From NCBI RefSeq assembly GCF_001194135.2, contig NC_068988.1, positions 70,609,894 to 70,673,893 on the forward strand: 64,000 nt of DNA. The letters are read 5' to 3'. Source of the DNA: Octopus bimaculoides (lineage: Eukaryota). The first letter of the stretch is position 1, and each line of letters begins with the position of its first letter. Positions 54,582 to 64,000 of the stretch are shown here, piece after piece. The notes below the pieces were generated by a model. That model made no database searches. It was not told the origin of the DNA and was given only the letters and a program-made list of their open reading frames with translations. The position numbers were made by a program, and so were the translations under genes.

Positions 54582-54641
54582 GAGTGATCCAGGATTGGAG
54601 TGATCCAGGATCGGAGTGATCCAGGATCGGAGTGATCCAGG
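54582..54641. repeat. 16-bp minisatellite, ~3.75 units of GAGTGATCCAGGAT(C/T)G
   Basis: Seen directly. Confidence 0.9.
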
Positions 54642-55440
54642 CATTCATTGTTTGTACTTGGGTGAAGCTATTATTATTGGGGATTGTTTTCTGTTATCAG
54701 TTTCATTCATAATTATTGTTGGTTTATTTTTTACGCGAATATATGTAAATCTCCACAAACTTTTGACTTTGTAGAGTTCAAAATGATCCTTCTACGCTTG
54801 TGGCCAAGAAAGAAAGTAACATTTCTTTTGTTGTTCTTGTCTCTGACTTAGATTTTCCTTGTTAATCTTCCTGTAGATATCAAGATGTATCCCTCAAACT
54901 TAGGTATATAGCAACTTTCTTATAGGCTTTGCTATTCCAACCGAGCAAGTTTTTTTTTATTAAATCCGGAATTCATTTTCATATTCAGCATCCTCCACAA
55001 TCATTCATACCTCTCGCAACTGTTCTAAAGAACCGTAATCAATTTGTATATTGATTACGGTAATTCCAGATACCTTGCACTTTATATGTTAGGTCATGGA
55101 ATTTTTCGAGTTTCTTCATTTTTTTCTACTACTCTTGTTTTTAAAGTACAAGCACTATCGTTTAAGCAACACACATTTTTCTCTTTATTAAGTATGATAT
55201 TATAATCTAGACGTGAATGTTTTATTTGCATATGTGTTTGAAGTTTCATATCCCATAGTCCATGTTGTATGGTCAGAACATTTTTGTATATCTTTAAATC
55301 TATAATTTCTTTTTGATTTGCTAAAGTGTGATTATAGCAGTATTGTCATGTCTTCAGCACTTCAGTTCTATATTTAAGAGATGAGGAATTATGCACACTA
55401 TTTACATTTGACGGATATTTGTCCTCATCTTTTTTGTTGT

Positions 55441-55481
55441 TAACACAACGTTTCGGCTGATATACCTCCAGCCTTCATCAG
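55441..55481 (-). ncRNA. Hammerhead ribozyme core in the inverted repeat, lacking the 5' strand of stem I
   Basis: Reverse complement CTGATGA-A-GGCTG-GAGGTATAT-CAGCC-GAAA-CGTT-GTGTT; perfect stem II. Confidence 0.65.
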
Positions 55482-56287
55482 CTAGCATTCCTGGACGTAT
55501 TAATAACACGCACCAAGTATGGATTCAGGACATCCGTATACCGCAAGCCGACCTTCACTGGACGATACCTCAACTTCAACTCCCACCATCTATACAGTGT
55601 AAAGAGAGGGATTGCTCAGTGTCTAAAACATCGAGCAATGAATATAAGTAGCGATTGTGATACACACCACGAAGAAATGATCAAGCTCAGTAACAATCTA
55701 TTAAGCAACTACTACCCCCAAAGCATACTCTCTACTCCAATTATGAAGAAAAGAGAAGATAAAACGAATAAACTGTCCACAGCCTGTCTACACTATGTGA
55801 AAGACCTCTCCGAAAAGATACAAAAGATATGCGGCCCATATGACATCAGGACAGTATTCAAAAGTAATACAACACTTCGCAAATATCTCTCTCGAGTAAA
55901 ACCACCAATAGAAGGGAATATGACCAAGAACTGCGTGACTCCGTCCCATGCAGCTGTGGTGGGATATACAAAGGCGAAACATGTCACCCCCTCAAAATAA
56001 GAGTAGAGGAACAATTCTGTGACACAGGGAGATATTGATAAATCGGGTATAGATGATCATATATGGAAAAATGGAGACCACCACCCCCTGTGGGATGAAG
56101 TTAAAATAATAGACATAGAACGCCACTGAAAAATACGAAAACTAAAAGAAACAGAACATATGCTAGGACACAACAACCTCCTAAGCAGACCGAATGCAGA
56201 TATGAACAGCATATGGGAACCAGTATTAAGGAAGGATAGGAGAATATTAGATTTATAAGCCTTAAAATTCACTCCATAATTTCCCAC

Positions 56288-56360
56288 GAGCATATGGCGT
56301 AGTGGTTAAGAGCGCGGGCTAATAACCTCAAGATTCCGAGTTCGATTCCAGGCAGTGACC
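56288..56360 (+). promoter_or_regulatory. tRNA-like head with Pol III A and B boxes inside the PLE terminal repeat
   Basis: A-box TGGCGTAGTGG and B-box GAGTTCGATTCC at tRNA-like spacing. Confidence 0.7.
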
Positions 56361-56423
56361 TGAAGAATAATAATAATAATAATAATAACATCGAAAAATA
56401 CCATAGGTTCGAAATTTCCCCAA

Positions 56424-56469
56424 GACACCTGATGAAGGCTGGAGGGTATATCAGGCGAAACGTTGTGTT
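56424..56469 (+). ncRNA. Minimal type I hammerhead ribozyme
   Basis: Stem I GACAC/GTGTT, core CTGATGA...GAAA, stem II GGCTG/CAGGC (one mismatch), palindromic AACGTT in place of stem III; predicted cleavage after GUU at 56464. Confidence 0.7.
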
Positions 56470-56698
56470 AACAACAAACACGATTTGTACAAATATCCGT
56501 CAAATCTTCAGTATTAGTTTATAGATCCTTTGTGCAAGCATTTTAGATTCACAGAATGCATGCGCAATTTCATTCCACGTTCGATAAGGACTCGTCTGTG
56601 GCCTTCCTTTCTAATATGTTAACCTACGGGGCTATAATCAAACCTTCTATCTCTTTAAAACACATTTACTCAATACTCTTCAGCACTTTGAAAAGCAT

Positions 56699-56911
56699 GT
56701 ATTCAAAAGTAATACAACACTTCGCAAATATCTCTTTCGAGTAAAACCACCAATAGAAGGGAATATGACCAAGAACTGCGTGTACTCCGTCCCATGCAGC
56801 TGTGGTGGGATATACAAAGGCGAAACATGTCACCCCCTCAAAATAAGGGTAGAGGAACAATTCTGTGACACAGGGAGATATTGATAAATCGGGTATAGCT
56901 GATCATATATG
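56699..56911 (+). mobile_element. Second partial copy of the Penelope-like GIY-YIG region
   Basis: Near-identical to 55854-56065 and keeps the in-frame CVYSVPCSCGGIYKGET that is frameshifted in the first copy. Confidence 0.85.
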
Positions 56912-58169
56912 TATCGCTAATTATTTTCACTTTTTTCTTCAGTAACCTAATATATTTTGCCATCGTATTACTATCAAAATCACCTATTCACTTTTACTTC
57001 CATAACCTCTCTATGTCTACCCTAACACAGTATTTACTTATGCCTTCTTCCATTCTTTCTCTTGAAATACAGTGCGTCATTGGGTTTGGATTTTAGTATT
57101 CTCTCCTTACAATTTGGAAATATTCTCTCCTCATTTTGTAGCAGTGGAATATTTAGATTTTTAGATTGGGTTGATATCCTAATTTTCAATCTATATTCTC
57201 CTGAAAGAAACTCTTCCATATATGCAAGGATTTTCAACTGTGACGATATGTGAAAATGCTGTCTCCTTAGATTACTAGTCCACTCTGTCTTACACAGTTT
57301 CCATTAACCTTGCGGCCATAAGCGAGTTATTAATCTACAAATATACATAAACATATACGTAGACATACATTCTTCTACACATAAATACAAACGAGGCTGA
57401 CGGTACAAAGAAGGAAATGTAAATAGTATGTCTATATACACAGTTTCACACACATTCATATATGTAAGTGTAAAAACACACCTACACACACATACACTCA
57501 CCTACAAACATATATATATGTACATATATATATATATANNNNNNNNNNNNNNNNNNNNNNNNNNNNNNNNNNNNNNNNNNNNNNNNNNNNNNNNNNNNNN
57601 NNNNNNNNNNNNNNNNNNNNNNNNNNNNNNNNNNNNNNNNNNNNNNNNNNNNNNNNNNNNNNNNNNNNNNNNNNNNNNNNNNNNNNNNNNNNNNNNNNNN
57701 NNNNNNNNNNNNNNNNNNNNNNNNNNNNNNNNNNNNNNNNNNNNNNNNNNNNNNNNNNNNNNNNNNNNNNNNNNNNNNNNNNNNNNNNNNNNNNNNNNNN
57801 NNNNNNNNNNNNNNNNNNNNNNNNNNNNNNNNNNNNNNNNNNNNNNNNNNNNNNNNNNNNNNNNNNNNNNNNNNNNNNNNNNNNNNNNNNNNNNNNNNNN
57901 NNNNNNNNNNNNNNNNNNNNNNNNNNNNNNNNNNNNNNNNNNNNNNNNNNNNNNNNNNNNNNNNNNNNNNNNNNNNNNNNNNNNNNNNNNNNNNNNNNNN
58001 NNNNNNNNNNNNNNNNNNNNNNNNNNNNNNNNNNNNNNNNNNNNNNNNNNNNNNNNNNNNNNNNNNNNNNNNNNNNNNNNNNNNNNNNNNNNNNNNNNNN
58101 NNNNNNNNNNNNNNNNNNNNNNNNNNNNNNNNNNNNNNNNNNNNNNNNNNNNNNNNNNNNNNNNNNNNN

Positions 58170-58530
58170 AATGCTTAACGGTATTTTGTCTGCCGTTACG
58201 TTCTGAGTTCAAATTCCGCCGAGGTCGACTTTGCCTTTCATCCTTTCGGGGTCGATAAATTAAGTACCAGTTACGCACTGGGGTCGATGTAATCGACTTA
58301 ATCCGTTCGTCTGTTCTTGTTTGTTCCCTCTATGTTTAGCCCCTTGTGGGCAATAACGAAATAGGTATTTCGTCTGTCTTTACGTTCTCAGTTCAAATTC
58401 CGCCGTCGTCGACTTTGCCTTTCATCCTTTTGGGGTCGATACAGTTAGTACCAGTTGTGTACTGCAATCGATCTAATCAACTGGTCCCCTTCCCCAAAAA
58501 TTTCGTGCCTTGTGCCTAGAGTAGAAAAGG
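58170..58530 (+). mobile_element. Two tandem partial SINE family B copies
   Basis: TTACGTTCT(G/C)AGTTCAAATTCCGCCG..GTCGACTTTGCCTTTCATCC occurs twice (~58197 and ~58380). Confidence 0.8.
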
Positions 58531-61500
58531 AATAAAATGGATTGTTCTGATATCTCAATATAGTGAGATTTACAGTAACAATGCATCTATTTTTTCTGCT
58601 TGTCGTTTTCCATTTCTGACAATTCCTTGTGGTAGCCGTTGTATTTGCTTCAGCAAAGATAGAATGATGGACGGAATGTGAAATACTAAACAAAGCCACA
58701 AACTTTAGTCACTTTCAATAATGCTTGTTATTGATGCTAGCACTACTTCCTTAACACCAACAAGTATATAGAATTATCGTTGTATTACGCATACTTCCAC
58801 TTTCAATCCATTATTTCTATATTGATCGATCAAATATATCTTCTGTACGAAAACAGACAAAGGAACAGAAAAAAAGTCCAATTTTTTTGAGAATTGAAAA
58901 TTTTAAATGGAAAAAAACCTGAAGAATAGCATAAAGTTTCGGAACTTTATCAGAAATAAGTTATTTTGAAATATCCATTACATACTACAGTTAACAGACA
59001 GAAGGAAATCAACATGACCATCCTTGAGATAAATTATATACAGATGCACGCACACATAAACACACACACACTTATTAACATGTATGTATACACATCGGTA
59101 TAACATTTAAGTATATATGGTGGTTACTAGCAAGGACAGTATATCATTTTCCAAACAGAACACACTACCAAGTATATTAAAAGTTTACAAGTTAATAATG
59201 TGTCACACTTTTTGTGTTAGCAAAGACATATTCTCATTTTAAGTGACAAACTATAGATTTCCGGGAAAATTCAGAATCAGCACAGTTAGTTCGACGTTAC
59301 GTAGTCAAATACGTCTATGTAAACAATACGATCGAAGAAAAAAAGATATCATCTTGGTAATGGATGTATATAGATATTTCAATAGTTATTGATCTTTCGA
59401 AAGCACCACATCCAACCCATCAACTATCCACAAACGCTTTTCATAAATACTCACTAAGTTTAGCACTCTAAAACTATTAGTTAGACCAATTTACGTCAAA
59501 ACACATTCCCGGTAGTTACTTGGTCGTACATTACGTTTGTAAATCGAAATAACTGTGTCCTTGCTCGTAATTAATATTTCCGTCCCAGCAGTAACCCCAC
59601 ACTCTATCGCCCGGTACCGTCTCCAATGTTTGTATCCTTCTTCGGTGGTTAACAGAGAAACATAATCATTATTATCGCTATACGTTACTATGACAGTATA
59701 ACATTAGTCTAAATATGAATCATACATAAGCTGTATTTTTAATGATCATAGTTAAACAATCACAACTTGGACAACACCATATCACAGACTATGCACAGAC
59801 TAAAATCAAGTGACGTAAATGCGAATACGAATATTATATGGAGAAATAGTGACAAAGCAACAGAGTTTAAGAATTGATTTATCTTTTATATTTGTTTACA
59901 GTCAGATTCTATCCTATTCCAGTCTGCTGCAGGTATCTACATACGTGAATCCCAAAATGAAAATATAAATTTATCTGAGAAGACCACATGGTGTTTAATG
60001 GGAGGTTCATTTCCCGCATAACAAATCAAAAGTATCCAACACTTTCGCAATCCACGTATCACATTTTCATTACGTCAGTCTCACTATTGAGTACATTTGA
60101 CTGTAATGTATGTCGCACAACCTTTATGATTGCTGAAATATCCGGTTTTGTAATACACAATTATCAATCTAAGTATTTATGTATCATCAAACTCTTCACT
60201 TTCTTTCACTCTATCCCAACAACAAACCGCCTTCTCACCACCTAAATACATCACACAAACATATATTACATATATATACATGTGTGTATATATATGTATA
60301 TGTGTGTAGTATTAGCCCGCAGTGGAACATGTCTGCATGCAAGTTTAGAAAAAGATGAGGCCACTTGCATAACGGTGACACCCTTTTAAAAGTTTCGTGC
60401 GATATCATGGCAAAGAAACACAAGAGACATGAATACCAGAACGCACATACACGCATACACAAAAAACATCCGCATATAGGTTCGTATGTACGTATATANN
60501 NNNNNNNNNNNNNNNNNNNNNNNNNNNNNNNNNNNNNNNNNNNNNNNNNNNNNNNNNNNNNNNNNNNNNNNNNNNNNNNNNNNNNNNNNNNNNNNNNNNN
60601 NNNNNNNNNNNNNNNNNNNNNNNNNNNNNNNNNNNNNNNNNNNNNNNNNNNNNNNNNNNNNNNNNNNNNNNATATATATATACATGTATACATGTATATA
60701 TATTTATATATATATTTGTATATATATATATATACATTCTTTTATTCTTTTAAATATTGTTTTGTTTCAGTCATCTCACTGCGGCCATGCTGGAGCACCG
60801 CCTTTAGTCGACCAAATCGACCCCAGGACTTATTTTTTGTAAGCCCACTACTTATTATATTCCCACCTACATCATAGATTTTCAAATATTTGCATACATA
60901 TTTTTTTACATGTGCATACATATACGTATGTGTGAGAGTATGTGCGTATGCGTGCACGAAATTAATTTCTCTGCCTCATTATTCGAGTGTCTATTCCTCT
61001 TTTGTTGACAAACTACCTGATTTTATTTTGCATAATATATGAGGAACGATACAACATAAATTCTTTTGTTGTTCTTATTTCGTCTTGAGACCATTACAGA
61101 TACATATTTAATCGACCAGTAATGCACGGTGGAACCAATTATGATTGTTGAGACGTATTTATGTTTCTTTCTTCTTCGGGCTTGATCCACAATATTCGAC
61201 ATCGAATTTTCGATATTTCTTTGTCATTAATTATAGTTATAGGATTCGTTCTTATGTGACCCGTTTTGCAATAATTCTAATTGGATGTCATTAGAAGTCA
61301 CGAAGTGACAGTCGAATGATTATTGGCGTTACTCTAATATTGACTGCTTAAGTGACACTAATGTTTCAGAGGAGAATATTGTCAATTAGGCAAATCATAA
61401 TATATTAGTCGTTTTTATTATATTAACCGGAGAATGATGTAAAGCGGAGGCATGTTAAGTAGGATCGTTCTGATTTGAATCTATATAATGACTTTCAATC

Positions 61501-61802
61501 TTGAGTGCAGTCAGTTATTCTGCTCCATTATATTTTGAGAGAAAATAATATCTTAATGGTAGAAAGCAGTTATACTCGAATATTTTCAATATAGTGTATG
61601 ACAGTATTCAAAAAAATTATAAAGCACCATCAAAACCGATATTTCTAATTTTTCGTTGGGGTTAGATCTTAGTCACATGTATTCTAAACTATGTATGATA
61701 TCGTTTAATCGTTTAGAGTTTATAAGGACCAGTATTTCATTATAAATGAATTGAATTAACGCTGATGTTGAATAAATCCATTTCATTATTAGGAAGCAGG
61801 AA

Positions 61803-62014
61803 GGCTGTGAGGTGGCGGAAACGTTAACACGCTGGCCATAATACTTCGCAGCGGTCCTTCCAGATTACCTCCTGTGTTCAAATTCCACTGAGTTCAACTT
61901 TGCCTTTCATCTCTTTCAGGGTTGATAAAATAAGTACCAGGGAAGCGATGGAGTCGATGTGATTGACTAGCCCACGCCATACAAGATTTCAGATCTTGTA
62001 CCTATTATTATAGG
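61803..62014 (+). mobile_element. Degenerate SINE family B with 18-bp target-site duplication
   Basis: ATTATTAGGAAGCAGGAA at 61785-61802 and 62015-62032. Confidence 0.8.
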
Positions 62015-62099
62015 ATTATTAGGAAGCAGGAAACATTCACATTGAACGTATTAATTTTAGGTTATCTGATTATAAAACATTTTTTGAATTTCTATTAAT

Positions 62100-62930
62100 G
62101 TTTATGACATGAGTCACAGGATTTTCAGGTTCTCTGCGACGAGGTCGTTGGCGGTGAGAAGTTACATAAGATTAATACTCTGGATTTGAAGAATTGAGTG
62201 AATTGCTGAAAGTAGTGTTTAGGCAGAGAAACACAGTGCGGTTGATGTGAGAAAGTGAGGTATTCTGAGTAAACATGAGTGTTGTGTTAGTAGTATACAT
62301 CAAGCTAGTTGATGGGAATATTTATAGTAGTAGGCAATAGTAGCAAAAATATAATTGGTAGGCAAAGAGACAGATTTTTCTGTTAGTTAGAGACTGTCGT
62401 CTGTATTTTGTGAGTGGTTATTTGTCAAATATTGACTGGCCTTCTTTTGTATGCAGTTTAAGATGGGTGAGTAGAAGTAGTACTGTTCTTCGTACATGGT
62501 GAAGTACTCCCATGTGGATTTCTACAGATATTTGTTTGTAGGAGGTTCATCAATTGTAGGGGCCTCACCAATACCTTTTGATACAGATGTAGGAAACTAG
62601 CTGTTATATATGAGAGGTTGTACAGATATATTACAGAAGGTAATGAAGCTTAGAATTTGTAAGAAAGATTTCAGATTTCTAATAACATAATCTCCTGAAC
62701 CAAGGAGATTTAACCAATAGTACCTTAACTGTGTGATAGGTATCTCTAAGGAAAATGCAAGATATAAGAAGAGTCGCATCATCTGCATATAAATTAGATT
62801 TGCTAGCGTAAGCGGGTTGTTGGTGTGGAGAGCATCGAGAATGGTGGGATAACTAAAACATCGTGGAATTGAAATATTACGGCTAAAAGTGATCATCAAC
62901 ATCACACATTGCAATGTGCCAGACAAGGAA
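62100..62930 (-). mobile_element. Decayed non-LTR RT (CR1/L2-group-like)
   Basis: Minus strand ASKSNLYADDATLLISC (YADD motif); downstream IQKKA-like and RR-like thumb remnants. Confidence 0.65.
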
Positions 62931-63034
62931 TTTTAAAACCAACGCAACAGATAATCTTCAGAAAAGACCAATTATTTAAGAATATCGACTTTTAGTCATC
63001 TAAAGTGGTTAGTATAACTGGTACTGTGTCGGTT

Positions 63035-63185
63035 ACAACGACGAGGTTTTCAGTTGATCAGACCAACGGAACAACCTGCTCGTGAAATCAACGTGCAAGT
63101 GGCTGTGCACTCCACGGACACTCGTATACTTAACGTAGTTCTCAGGGAGATTCAGCGAGACACAGTCTGTGACAAGTACTATTGA
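63035..63185 (-). mobile_element. SINE family C 3' fragment
   Basis: Matches 11570-11715. Confidence 0.75.
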
Positions 63186-64000
63186 CATACAGGTACTACA
63201 CATTTTTATCAGCTGAGTAGATTGTAGCAAAGTGAAATGAAGTTTGTTACTCAAGGACTCGACGCGTCACGGGGAATTGAACTCATGATCTTACAATTGT
63301 AAACCGAATACCCTAAAAAGCGGTTATTTCGCATTGTGTTTAAGATACCATATGATTGGAAAACCGTATTAATTGATATTTAATTAGAGCTGTTAGAATA
63401 TTTGTCGATGAAGGTCAAAGACACTGCGATATTATTGAATTTTGTTGTCAATATGAAATGTAAGTTATATTGAAATGTATAAATACATTGTTTCTAACAT
63501 TAATGAAGTGCTACATGTTTTAAAAAAATCAATCCATTCAGGCTACGCTAACGTTTCACTGGTCATTATTTCAATATATAAAAGACGTAAGTGAAAAAAT
63601 CACTATAGCTGCTTAAACCAGAACGTAAAGAAATGTAACTTATCTGGAGAACACTTTACTGATTTTAGCACACAGTATATTTCACAGGGCAATCAATATG
63701 ATGTATGCCACATAAGTAATTAATGTTTACATCAACATGACAGACAAAGAGGCTAAACCATTCTCATAAATTCAAACGGTAATATAACCATTGTATTGAA
63801 TCAGAGCTACAATTTGCAAGCAAAGTGATACCATTTATAGGAAATACCTATCTCAATGGTAAGTTATTGAGCTGTTGTCTGTCATCATATATGTGTTTAG
63901 GTCATCTCTTCAGATTTTCCATAGAAATTATTGAAATTAACACGTAATATATGTATTTGTATGTGTGAGTATGTATGAGTGTGTATATATATATATATAT

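Larger units (their letters stand above)
55399..56505 (+). mobile_element. 5'-truncated Penelope-like element with inverted partial terminal repeat
   Basis: Frame from 55482 LAFLDVLITR...TSVYRKPTFTGRYLNF...YP (PLE RT thumb); GIY-YIG region PCSCGGIYKGET...KSG..DHIW; 55399-55481 is the reverse complement of the 3' terminal repeat. Confidence 0.9.

Noticed and set aside
54582-54641. CRISPR-like array
   Set aside because: Units are contiguous with no unique spacers, and the context is eukaryotic.
56288-56360. Functional tRNA gene
   Set aside because: A and B boxes are present but I could not form a convincing acceptor stem, and it is embedded in a retroelement repeat.
1-64000. Host protein-coding gene
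   Set aside because: No ORF or exon with recognisable non-transposon homology. The window could still be intronic, or hold small exons I cannot see.

Overview
AT-rich, microsatellite-dense metazoan DNA with many N gaps; the tRNA-derived SINE families suggest a cephalopod, probably octopus (inference from recall, not a search). I found no supportable host protein-coding exon, rRNA, true tRNA or CRISPR array, and most listed ORFs come from microsatellites or N runs. The window is largely decayed mobile elements: three SINE families (here called A, B, C), several mariner/Tc1/maT DNA transposons, a hAT fragment, a Chapaev3-like element, CR1-like and RTE-like LINE fragments, three head-to-tail R4/Dong-type LINE fragments and a Penelope-like element (PLE). 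The most interesting structure is the PLE terminal repeat, which joins a tRNA-like Pol III head, a (TAA)n tract and a minimal hammerhead ribozyme. It occurs with the PLE in both orientations and also as a solo copy inside a long fold-back within the Chapaev3-like element. Boundaries of decayed elements are approximate and were read by eye.
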